From positions 109,492,001 to 109,556,000 of the forward strand of contig OX597819.1 in the NCBI GenBank assembly GCA_951406725.2: 64,000 nt of DNA, given 5' to 3'. Under the pieces are notes generated by a model. It was not told where the DNA came from. It saw only the letters and a program-made list of their open reading frames with translations, and did no database searches. Positions 41,255 to 52,586 of the stretch are shown here, one piece after another. A program made the translations under genes and the position numbers. How positions within the stretch are numbered: the stretch's first letter is position 1; each line of letters begins with the position of its first letter. Source of the stretch: Octopus vulgaris. Lineage: Eukaryota.

Positions 41255-41751
41255 GGGAAAAGGAAGAAAATGGAGAAATATTGAATGTATGAGTAATTTA
41301 TTTGTATGTTATAAGATGCTGAAAATTTGCTTTAAAAAAGTTGACAGAACAAACAAATTGATTACAAGTTGTAAATCTCTAACAATAGAACGAAGGAACC
41401 GACATATATGTACTATATAATATAGCTTTCAACATTTTTAATCCACTAATACACTGTATGCATCCTTCAAAAGAAAAATGATTACCTAAGTTCCATGAGC
41501 TCTGAATTGACTCTGAAGAAGTCCTACCACAATATAGTTAGAACATGATACCTTTCTTAGCACTTAACCAATTGCTCGGAAATTCTGATCAACTAAGTGA
41601 TAGAATTGACACATATATGTAGGTTCCTTCATTCTATTGATAGTGTTTTACAACTTGTAATCTATTTATTTGTACTCTTATGTCTTTTAAAACAAATAAT
41701 TTATAACACAAATAAATCATACATTTATTATTTCTCCATTTTCTTCTTTTT

Positions 41752-41753
<2 letters not shown>
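41255..41753. repeat. Diverged inverted repeat (~150-bp arms), Penelope-like arrangement
   Basis: 41255-41411 versus the reverse complement of 41611-41753, sharing GATTACAAGTTGTAAA and GAAGGAACC.ACATATATGT. Confidence 0.7.
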
Positions 41754-41847
<94 letters not shown>

Positions 41848-41848
<1 letters not shown>

Positions 41849-41996
41849 GGTGTAGACATGGTTGTGTGTAAGAAGCTTGCTTTCCAATCATATGATTCCA
41901 GGTTCAGTCGCACTGCGTGGCACCTTGGGTAGGTGTCTTCTAATATAGCCTCCGGCCAACCAAAGCCTTATGACGGAAACTGAAAGAAGCCCGTCA
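41848..41996 (+). mobile_element. SINE family B, 5' half
   Basis: CACTGCGTGGCACCTTGGGTAGGTGTCTTCTA...GACGGAAACTGAAAGAAGCCCGTC. Confidence 0.75.
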
Positions 41997-42280
41997 TATA
42001 TATATATATGTGTGTGTATGTATGTGTGTATGTATATGTGTGTGTGTGTGTGTATATATGTATACATATGTGTATAGGTATAAGTGAGAATCTCCTTATT
42101 TACCTAAAACTCTATTCTTTTATATATTTTTTTATTCTTTTATTTATTCTTTTATCTAATTTACCACTAACTCCTTGACCACTCCCCCAAGTATGATATT
42201 TTGCGCTATGCCTACCCCCAAAAAGTCCCCCACCACCACCCCTGCCTAAATGTATAAATGCCAATACAATTCTTGTTAAC

Positions 42281-42333
42281 TAGCTTCCTGAAGATTTCTC
42301 TTGAATGAAACAGTTCTAGTCCTGTAGAAGCTA
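42281..42333 (+). ncRNA. Type I hammerhead ribozyme candidate
   Basis: TAGCTTC-CTGAAGA-T-TTC-TCTT-GAA-T-GAAA-CAG-TTCTAGTC-CTG-TA-GAAGCTA: 7-bp stem I, GUA triplet, stem III CAG/CTG; stem II has a T-T closing mismatch. Confidence 0.65.
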
Positions 42334-42414
42334 CTTCTATATAATAATTAATTTTACTCTGCTATGTATTGAGTACCTTATTTACTGTGGTTAACACCGA
42401 ATCAACCCGGGACC

Positions 42415-42475
<61 letters not shown>

Positions 42476-42479
<4 letters not shown>

Positions 42480-42990
42480 AGCAGAGTTAGTGGTTATAAT
42501 AACCGATTAAGGGATAAAATATCTGTATATACTATCGGTATCAGTTACCCGTGTCATCTCAGGGCATGGATATGCAGGTACACTATGCTCTTAGAGTACA
42601 GGTGACAATAGAGTAAACAAAAGTTTATCAGGAATCAAATATAAATAATCAGAAAATGGAGAAGAACTCAGGTCAACAAACAAAACAATTGGACCATATC
42701 TAATACTTATTATTTAATATAAAACATGACATAATATATATGTGACATAACAATTCTTACGGCCGTTTCTGCTTCCGATGCCAATTCAGTGCCTACAAAG
42801 AATTTCGAAAATGACATTCTTCATCTTCATAGGACATTCGAACTAAAACACAGAGCTTCATCAGAGTTAATACAAAATCATCCAAAATAAACAAAAGGAA
42901 GAGGAAATAAGAAAGAAAACATGGCCTAGAGAAGAAGTCTCGAAGCCCAACATAGTAAAAACACCCAATCTTCTGTTTTAGGGCTTCAAA
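42476..42990 (-). mobile_element. Penelope-like remnant with hammerhead-like motif
   Basis: Minus-strand CTGATGAAGCT...AGCAGAAACGGCCGTAAGAATTG (~42751-42864); homologous to 12187-12960. Confidence 0.55.
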
Positions 42991-43064
42991 CTCTGGGTTC
43001 TCATTCCTAAGGTATTTTTTGCTGATGTTATTTACCCAGGGTTGGGTTCAAAATTCTACCAGGA

Positions 43065-43106
43065 CACCTGATGAAGGCTGGAGAGTAAATCAGCCGAAAC
43101 GTTGTG
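43065..43106 (+). ncRNA. Minimal hammerhead ribozyme
   Basis: CAC-CTGATGA-A-GGCTG-GAGAGTAAAT-CAGCC-GAAAC-GTT-GTG; palindromic AACGTT replaces stem III. Lies in a ~190-bp unit (about 43000-43185). Confidence 0.7.
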
Positions 43107-43189
43107 GTAACAACAAACAAGATGAGGACACAGATCCATGCAATGTAAGTAATGTATAGAATTCCTCAGCTCTAAAATATAGAACGTGA

Positions 43190-44175
43190 GTATGACTTCT
43201 AGATATTTATCTTCCCATGAAACATGATACGGTGGCAAGAACAGTCTGGAACAGGATAAGCAAATAAGAAATCACCAACACACAAAATTGACTGTATTGA
43301 GACTGATGAGTCAAAAAAATATTGGTAGAGTTTAAAAATTAAGTTCCAAGTTAAAATACAACCGGCTGGATACTTTGTGTGCGATCATAAGAAAAAATTT
43401 GCTCTGTTGTGGATATCAGTTGCCCTCTAAACATCAATGTGGTCAGAAAAATACAGGAGAAAGAGGACATCTACGGTTCACTGATAAGGAGTACCCAAGA
43501 TACTCTCTCAGCTTTATACTCATTATTATTGGAGCAACGGTTTATGTACCAACCCGTCTAGAATAAAGTATGATTGATCTTGGATTTTTAGGAAGAGAAT
43601 GCAACTCCTTAATTCATACACTACATTGATTACGATATCTGGGACTATAAAAATTTGCAAGACCTTCTTATAAGTTAAAACAAAAAAATGTGGGAAGCAC
43701 TCCGTCGGTTACGACGACGAGGGTTCCGGTTGATCCGATCAACGGAACAGCCTGCTCGTGAAATTAACGTGTAAGTGGCTGAGCACTCCACAGACACGTG
43801 TACCCTTAACGTAGTTCTCGGGGATATTCAGCGTGACACAGAGAGTGACAAGGCCGGCCCTTTGAAATACAGGTACAACAGAAACAGGAAGTAAGAGTGA
43901 GAGAAAGTTGTGGTGAAAGAGTACAGCAGGGATCACCACCATCCCCTGCCGGAGCCTCGTGGAGCTTTAGGTGTTTTCGCTCAATAAACACTCACAACGC
44001 CCGGTCTGGGAATCGAAACCGCGATCCTACGACCGCGAGTCCGCTGCCCTAACCACTGGGTCATTGCGCCTCCACTTATAAGTTAAAGAATGATGAACGA
44101 AACAGGATGCTTTTTTTTAAACAACCTTGCTACCAATGTAGGTAGGTAGTCGAAATTATAAAGAGAAAAAGAAAT
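43190..44175 (+). mobile_element. R4/Dong-like 3' fragment interrupted by a SINE
   Basis: LPMKHDTVARTVWNRI, KYNRLD, FILIIIGATVYV, GTIKICKTFL; ends at (CATA)n. Confidence 0.75.
43680..44075 (-). mobile_element. SINE family C (tail type 2), young
   Basis: Same tRNA-like head and core as the 36762 copy but a different 3' tail; 12-bp TSD TTATAAGTTAAA at 43668-43679 and 44076-44087. Confidence 0.9.
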
Positions 44176-44438
44176 CATACACTCATACATACACCATAAA
44201 CATAAATTCATATTTACATACACACATAAATATATATATGCATATATACATACATAGATACATAGATACATGCATACATACGTACATACATACATGCATA
44301 CATACATACATACATACATACATACATACATACATACATACATACATACATACATACATGCATGCATACATACATACATATATACATACATGCATGCATA
44401 CATACATACATACATACATACATACATACATACATACA

Positions 44439-44468
<30 letters not shown>

Positions 44469-44469
<1 letters not shown>

Positions 44470-45066
44470 GCAGCACGATGATGTTGTTAAAACAATTTAC
44501 AATGCCATTCGCAAAAAAAGATTGTCCTGAAATAAACTTAGAAAATCCCTCTGTCATAGAATACATTCAAGGAATACTGGTGGAATATTCCCATCAAAAG
44601 TCCTTTCAAATGTAAGCATAACAGACCGGATACTGTTGTTTAGGACAGAAGGGAAAAGATATGTACCATCATAGAGGTTAGCTGCCCTGCAGATGTAAAA
44701 ATCTCTTTGAAAATCAAAGAAAAAGAGGATATCCATGGATAACTGCTTCGAAACCTCGAGCTTCTATATCCAGACTATGAATTCATATTCATACCAATAA
44801 TAATTGGAGCACTAGGCTTTGTTAGTAAATGCTTAAAGGATAATCTGGATAAACTGGGATTTTCAGAAAGAGAAATTGACCGGCTGATTCGTACATTACA
44901 AGTCCAATCTGTGAGTGGAATGATAAAAATATGCAAGATGTTTCTCAAGTTCCAAATGTGAAAATGTCTGTGTTAACTACATCCCAAGGATGGAACCTTG
45001 TATCTTTATTGGAAACTGGCTCCCTCCTCAGTGGAAGATTTATAATAATTTAAAAATCGAAGAGAC
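44469..45066 (+). mobile_element. R4/Dong-like 3' fragment flanked by (CATA)n on both sides
   Basis: QHDDVVKTIYNAIRK, YWWNIPIK, KCKHNRPDTVV, IIEVSCPAD, YEFIFIPIIIGALGFVSKCL...IKICKMFLKFQM*. Confidence 0.88.
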
Positions 45067-45125
45067 ACATGCATACATACATACATACATACATACATAC
45101 ATACATACATACATACATACATACA

Positions 45126-45156
<31 letters not shown>

Positions 45157-45551
45157 CATACATACATACATACATACATACATACATGATGGCTGTTCAC
45201 TCGTGACCGAGGAAGATAATCACTGACTATTTCCCAAGCAAAATGTCAGCAATGCTTGTGCTTAAAATTATTGCAACTACGGTGGGCTTCATTTGCGTTC
45301 GCGCCCTCGGCGTCCATGCTCGCCGCAGCGCCCTTTTGATTGGTCATCGGAAAGTCGCCTCGCCGGCGATTGCACAACGTAAAATTTTTAGGTCTAATAG
45401 GGCTTGCACAACACCTAACAAACAGATCCTTTCCACCCTATTGACATGATCCAGAGATAAACCAGGGCAAGACATTCAGAGCCGATATGGCTCACAGGCT
45501 CAGGAATGTGGGAACGCCATGATCCCAAGTACAGGCATACATATACATACG

Positions 45552-45873
45552 TAAACGATAAAACGTCGCCCTTTTCAAGCCTAGCCAGGCTCATGGGCCC
45601 GGTTTCCTGGTTTCTGTGGCGTATGTGTTCCCCCCAGCTGGACGGGACGCCGGTTCCTCGCAGCGTTACTCAAGAAACAGGAAGAGAGAGTGAGAGAAAG
45701 TTGTGGCGAAAGAGTACAACAGGATGGCCCCCAACCACATGCCGGAGCCTCGTGGAGCTTTTTGTAGGTGTTTTCGCTCAATGAACACACTCAACGCTCG
45801 GTCTGGGAATCGAAACCGCGATCCTCCGACCGCGAGTCCGCTATCCTAACCACTGGGCCATTGCACCTCCACT
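45552..45873 (-). mobile_element. SINE family C (tail type 1)
   Basis: Near-identical to 36762-37070; 15-bp TSD ATACATATACATACG at 45537-45551 and 45874-45888. Confidence 0.9.
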
Positions 45874-45914
45874 ATACATATACATACGGACATACAAACA
45901 TACATATATACATA

Positions 45915-46172
45915 TTCAGATCACAAATTTTATGAGTAAATGCCTAGCTGACAGCGTAGATAAGGCTGGATTTTCAAGAAAAAAAAACAAACCCCGACTA
46001 ACTCACTCATTGCAAATACATTCTGAAGGTGAAACAATAAAAGTATGCAAGACTTAAGCTTAACATGTGACATTGTTCTCGTTATTTACATTCCAGTGAT
46101 GAAGCTTTATATCTTGTTAGAAACCAGCTACTTCGTGAGAGGAAGTGTTTGAATGATTAAAATCAGAAAACA
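45915..46172 (+). mobile_element. Old R4/Dong-like 3' fragment
   Basis: TGAGTAAATGCC...GGATTTTCAAG...ATAAAAGTATGCAAGAC...ATGTGA is homologous to 44820-45066. Confidence 0.6.
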
Positions 46173-46362
46173 TATAATATATGTATGTGAAGGTAGAGAG
46201 GTTGACAAGTTCATTTCGCCAAGTCACATACTCTTATCACGCTGAATCTGCTTGAGGATTGCTTTAAAAGTACATTTCTGTAGAATGTCGAGCGACTTGT
46301 GCGCTGATTTAGTTACTTGTTGATTTATTTCGTCGAACGTCTGTTTCTAATCGTCGACGGAG

Positions 46363-46458
<96 letters not shown>

Positions 46459-46467
46459 ATCTATCTA

Positions 46468-46500
<33 letters not shown>

Positions 46501-46532
46501 TGCTGTCTGTCTGTCTGTCTGTCTATCTATTG

Positions 46533-46828
46533 CTTGTTTTAGTTATTGGACTGTAGCCATACTGCTGTACTACATCAGTACTTATTATATCGGTCTCTTT
46601 TGCTAAACCGCTAATTTACAGAGTTGTAAACAAACCAACACCGATTGTCAAGAGGTTGTGACACACACACACACACACACACTGATTCCACTCAGTTTCC
46701 GTCTACTAAATTCACTCAGAAAGCATTGGTCAGCCAGTTATACAATAAGATACTTTGCCCAAGGTACAGCGCAGTGGAACCGAACTTGAAACCACATGGT
46801 TGCAAAATGAGTTTCTTAACCACACAGT
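46533..46828 (-). mobile_element. Diverged SINE family B
   Basis: CAGTTTCCGTCTACTAAATTCACTCA...TTGCCCAAGGTACAGCGCAGTGG. Confidence 0.7.
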
Positions 46829-46854
46829 CCCCCCCCCGCGCGCGTGTGTGTATG

Positions 46855-46904
<50 letters not shown>

Positions 46905-46924
46905 TAAATATTTGTGTGTGTGTG

Positions 46925-46983
<59 letters not shown>

Positions 46984-47699
46984 CGGGTTTCTGCACAATA
47001 CATCTACCAAATACTATTTACATGGCATTAGTCAACACTGGCCCCAACAGTCGTGGGTACATGCTCAAGCTGTCCACGCGGAAAATAGAAGCGAACCCTG
47101 AACTATGTTTTGTACCGAGCGTTTATATAGATATATAAAGTAGCTGCTAAGACTGTTATATAAATGACATCAGACGTTTATATAAGCAAAGACGATGAAC
47201 TGACAGAGATATTGGAGTGTTGGGTAGGATAGTAGAAAACCTTGCAGTTCTTGCGTTGAAATACTACTGAGGTCAACCTTTCCTTTAACCCTTTCGGGAC
47301 TCTATTAAACAATAATTAAAACCTGCGGTTTGGATTGGCGAAACTGTAAGAGAACCAGGGCGGATTCATCGCGGCATTTGTTCCGGTTCATTGCATTCAG
47401 AGTTCAAATCTGGCCCTAGCCTACATGGGTTGTTAGACTTAACAGATCACCCGATTTAACGCCGCCGACTAGTAAGCACTTTGGGTGCTTTTAGCGGACT
47501 ATTTTTTTTTCCAAGAGTCTCCTGTTTGAAGATAAGCTCCTCCCTTACTGCAAATGATCAAGGTCATTGTTTTCCCTCTTGATTAAAGGGAAAAACAAAC
47601 AAACAAAACAAACTACCATGTGGCAAAGGAAAAAATAAAGAAAAGAATCTCATGTTGCAAACGTTGCTGTTTGTAATGTTTGCACTTCGGGTCAGTATA

Positions 47700-50600
47700 C
47701 AGTGGTAATCAGGGTGGTATCGTGATAGCATGTAGTGGTGATATAGTGTAGGTAGTGGTGCAGGACGTAGTAGTGGTGTAGCGTATAGTGGTCAAGTGGT
47801 GGTGGTTGTTAGTACAGTAGTGTGCACTATGATGTAGTTGTAAAGTGGTGAAGTTCATTGCTACGGTGGTCTAATAGTAGTTGTAGCAGAGATTGTAGTA
47901 GTGTTGATGTAGTACGGTTTAGGATGTAGTGTTGTTGGTGGTTATTTCAGTGCTGTAGTGGCTCTTGGAGTATCGTATAAGTTGTAGTAGAGAAGTAGTA
48001 GCAGAAGTACTAGTAGCAGTAATAGCAATAGTATTAATAGCAGTAGTGGTAGTAGTGGTGGTGGTGGTAGTAGTAGTAGGAGCAAGAGGTGCAGTAGTAG
48101 TACTAGTGTGGTTGTTGTTTGTCCCTAGGCCACCCTGTTAAACAAGACCTATGATCAAAGACAACCATGCCTTGCCAGCCCCGTCTATTTTTTAAATGTA
48201 TTTAGAACTACGTTATCTAAAGTGTCCTTCCTGTTTAAGACAGTAGGGTGTGATTTGAAGTAATCTGACAGCTATTTCTAGCAGATCAAGCGACTGCATA
48301 AAGGTTCCATTGTGTGGTGGCTTGATGGTTGTCTCTAGAGATGTTCTGGTTGTTGTTGTTGTTGTGGTGGTGGTGGTGGTGATGTAATGTGATGTAGTGC
48401 TATATGAAATGGTAGTGCAGTCAACACTGCTTTAGTGTATGCTGTCATATATCTTGACGGTATATGGTTATAGTGCTGTAGTAGAAGATGAAGTTGTATG
48501 TGGTTGTTGTTGCTTCTGTTGCAGTGGAGTACAAGTTGTAGTGATTTGTGGTTTTTTTGTCGTTTGTAATGGGGTAGTAGCAGTTGTAGTAGTATGGGGC
48601 CGTTGTTGTTGCTGTTGCAGTGCAGTAAAGGTTGCAGTGCTTTGTGGTGGTTGTTGTCTGTGATGGAGTAGTAGCGGTTGTAGTCGCATGTGCTGGTTGT
48701 TGCTTGTGTTGTAATGTAGTAGAGGTTGTAGTGGTTTGTGGCTGTTGTCGTTTGTAATGGTGTAGTAGCGGTTGTAGTAGTATGTGGTAGTTGTTGTTGC
48801 TGTTGCAGAGGTTGCAGTGCTGTGTGGTGTTTGTTGTCTGTGGTGGAGCAGTAGCGGTTGTAGTCGCATGTGGTGGTTGATGCTTCTGTTACAGCGTAGT
48901 AGAGGTTGTAGTAGTTTGTGGCTGTTGTCGTTTGTAATAGTGTAGTAGCGGTTGTAGTAGTATGTGGTGGTTGCTGTTGCAGTGCAGTAGCGGTTGCAGT
49001 GTTGTGTGGTGGTTGTTGTCTGTGATGGACTAGTAGCGGTTGTAGTCGTTTGTGATGGTTGTTGCTTCTGTTGCTGTAAAGTAGAGGTTGTAGTGGTTTG
49101 CGGTGGTTGTCGTTTGTTGTGCTGTAGTAGAGGTTGTAGTTGCATGAGGTTGTTGTTGTTGTTGCAGTGGAGTAGCGGTGTATGGTTGTTGTCCTTTGTA
49201 GTGGTGTAGTAGCGGTTGTAGTAGTATGTGGTGGCTGTTGTTGTGGCAGAGCAATAGAGGTTACAGTGGTTTGTGGTGGTTGTTGTCTGTGATGGAGTAG
49301 TAGCGGTTGTAGTTGTATGTAGTGGTTGTTGTTTGTAGGGGTGTAGTAGAGGTTGCAGTGGTGTGTTGTAGTTGCTGTTTGTGCAGTAGAGGTTGCAGTG
49401 GTGTGTTGTAGTTGCTGTTTGTAGCGATGTAGCAGCGGTTCTAGTTGTATGTGGTTGTTGTTGCTTCTGTTGCAGTGAAGTAGAGGTTGTAGTGGTTTGT
49501 GGTGGTTGTTGTCTGTGGTGGAGTGGTAGTGGTTGTAGTAGTATGTGGTGATTGTTGCTTCTGTTGTAGTGTAATAGAGGTTGTAGTGGTTTGCAGTGGT
49601 TGTCATTTGTAGTGCTGTAGTAGAGGTTGTAGTTGCATGTGGTTGTTGTTGTTGCAGTGGAGTAGCGGTTGCAGCGGTGTGTGGTTGTTGTCCTTTGTAG
49701 TGGTGTAGTAGCGGTTGTAGTAGTATGTGGTTGTTGTTGTTGTCGTGGCAATGCAGTAGAGGTTGCAGTGGCTTGTAGTGGTTGTTGTCTGTGGTGTAAT
49801 AGTAGCGGTTGTAGTTGTATGTACTGGTTGTTGTTTGTAGTGGTATAGCAGCGTTTGTAGTGGTATGCAGTGGTTGTTGTTGCTGTTGCAGTGCAGTAGA
49901 GGTTGTAGTGGTGTGTTGTAGTTTCTGTTTGTAGTGATGTAGCAGCGGTTCTAGTTGTATGAGGTTGTTGTTGCTTCTGTTGCAGTGAAGTAGAGGTTGT
50001 AGTGGTTTGTGGTGGTTGTCGTCTGTAGTGGTGTACTAGCGGTACTAGTACTATGTGGTAATTGTTGTTGCTGTTGCAGTGTAGTAGATATTGCTGTGGT
50101 GTGTAGTGAGTGTCGTTTATAGTGGTATAGTAGAGGCTGTAGTGGTAGAGAGATAGTTATTGTTGTAGTAGCGTCGTGATGTAGTAGAGGCTATAGTTGT
50201 ATGGTGGTTATTGTTGCTGTAATGGTATAGTTTGGTGGTACCTATTGCTGTAGTGTAGGCTATAGTGGCATGGTGCTAGTTGTTGATGCAGTGATGTAGC
50301 AGTAGCTGTAGTAGTGAAGTGGAGGCTATAGTGGTTTGGTGGTAGTTGTTGCTGTAGTAGCATAGTGGTAGTTGTAATATGGTAAAGATTGTAGTATTGT
50401 GTAGGTGGTTATCGAAATGGTGTTGTGGCGGTTGTAGTACAGTTTGCCGAAGGATGCGATGGAAGATCTAATGTTATGGTAGCAGCTGAAGTGGTGTTGT
50501 GACGGCAGTAATAAGGGCGTAGAGTTGCTGTATAGGTTGTGGTAGTGATGTAAATGAAGTTGTAGTGTTGTGGTAGTTATCGAAGTGGTGTTGTGGCGGT

Positions 50601-50752
50601 TATAGTATTGCTGTAGTATTTGTGGAAGTGATGCGACGGAAGCTGTAGCGTAGGTGGTAGTTGTTGAAATGGTGTTGTACTGGTGCTGGTAGTAGTAATA
50701 GTTGAAGTAGTAGTAGCAGTAGTTGCAATAGTTGTAACAGTAGTAGTAGTAA

Positions 50753-50795
<43 letters not shown>

Positions 50796-50950
50796 TGTTG
50801 TGTGGTAGTAGTAGTAGTAGTAGTGTTGTCGTGATAGATGTTGAATTGGTGTGTGGGCCGGAATAGTGTTGTGGTAGTTGTTGGAGTGGTGTGGTAGCGG
50901 TAGTGGTATTGTTGTTGGTAGCTGCAAATGTAAGGTGGTAGTATTGCTTG
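47700..50950. repeat. Complex GTA/GTT/GTG low-complexity array with ~42-45-bp subunits
   Basis: Recurrent GTAGTAGCGGTTGTAG and GTAGAGGTTG(T/C)AGTGG anchors, best ordered at 48470-50100. Confidence 0.85.
48115..48325 (+). mobile_element. Unclassified interspersed repeat, family D
   Basis: GACCTATGATCAAAG...GGGTGTGATTTGA...GCTATTTCTAGCAG; related copies near 5800-5965, 6915-7335, 26070-26150 (-), 32860-32940, 62690-62900 and 63010-63195. Confidence 0.65.
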
Positions 50951-51450
50951 TACTATAGTATAGGCAAGAGTTTGTAATTGTTATTTCGGTGAAATAAAGG
51001 CAGTTGCTGTATTAGAATAACCGAAACAGCAATAACGTGGTTATAGAAGTTCTAATAGTGTCAAGGCTACTGTTGTAGTACTGCAGTTACGGCAACAGCA
51101 GCCCCTACATAACTACAAATAATTTTGGGGAAGGAATCCGTCAATTATACCAGACATGACTGTTACCTTATTTTAAGGACCCTTCATATAAATGGAAAAG
51201 TTGGTTTCAACGAGATTCGAACGTGATACGTGAAATATTACAAGATATTTTTGCGCGGTGCGCTACCAATTCTGCTATTTACCTGGCTGTGCACGTAAAA
51301 GAAAACAGACTTTAGGCAAAGAATTCAGTCACACACATAAGACTTCTACTTTCTCTTCTAAACCCACCGCTCTTTCTTTTACCATCTCCATCTCTCTTAC
51401 ACTTCGCACTTACGCACGCTTGCATAAACTCACAGACAGACAGACGGCCG

Positions 51451-51498
<48 letters not shown>

Positions 51499-51605
51499 CA
51501 CGTACATGCATACATGCATACACGCAAATACACGAGCACACATATTAGGCGAGACAAACAGATCGTTTTTTTCAGTATCTCTCCGTGCCTACCTACCTAC
51601 ATGCA

Positions 51606-51698
<93 letters not shown>

Positions 51699-52000
51699 GT
51701 ATGTGCGTGCATGTGTGTGCATGTGTGTTTATGTGTATATATATATATGTATATATAAGGATGCATATATATATATCTATATATATGTATATATGTATAC
51801 ACACATACACACCGGTAACAGACTCAAAGGAACATGGTTAGACCACTTAGACTAAAGAACTGTAAGAAGTCTGAGAGTCAAGATATATAAGCATAAACGT
51901 TTATCCGACAATGTACAAATCCCATCACCATACACTCGCAAACACCACACACACACACGTACATGTATGTATATATGGACGTACTTATGTATGTATGTAC

Positions 52001-52061
<61 letters not shown>

Positions 52062-52064
<3 letters not shown>

Positions 52065-52275
52065 TTAAACCAAACATGAACAAAGAGAAAACACAACAAC
52101 GCGAGGACGTGGAACAAGTATAGTGTTATTGGACGCTCAGGAAAGGAAAGAGAGAAAGAAAGAAAGAAAGAGGATTTAACGTTTCGAGCGGAGCTCTTCG
52201 TCAGAAACATAGAAAAAGGAAAGGTCCAAGGAAGGGAAGACGGAGAAAGAAAATCGCCAACAATATACACGCGGT

Positions 52276-52277
<2 letters not shown>
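52062..52277 (-). mobile_element. Penelope pseudo-LTR/retrozyme-like unit (~215 bp)
   Basis: Contains the minimal hammerhead at 52175-52207; bounded by (TA)n and (CA)n; same architecture as 20720-21000. Confidence 0.65.
52175..52207 (-). ncRNA. Minimal hammerhead ribozyme
   Basis: Minus strand TTT-CTGACGA-AGAGC-TCC-GCTC-GAAAC-GTT-AAA with an intact catalytic core. Confidence 0.7.
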
Positions 52278-52308
<31 letters not shown>

Positions 52309-52319
52309 GTGCATGTATA

Positions 52320-52365
<46 letters not shown>

Positions 52366-52502
52366 CGTATGTATGTATGCATATATGTATGTATGTGTGG
52401 TCTCACTGCGTGGCACCTTGGGCAAGCCTCTTCTAATATGGCCTCGGGCTGACCAAAGCCTTGTGAGTGGATTTGGTAGACGGAAACTGAAAGATGCCTG
52501 TC

Positions 52503-52586
<84 letters not shown>

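Noticed and set aside
48335-49751. 423-aa and 427-aa ORFs as real CDS
   Set aside because: Two overlapping frames are open because of C/A-rich triplet composition; no domain or signal peptide is recognisable.
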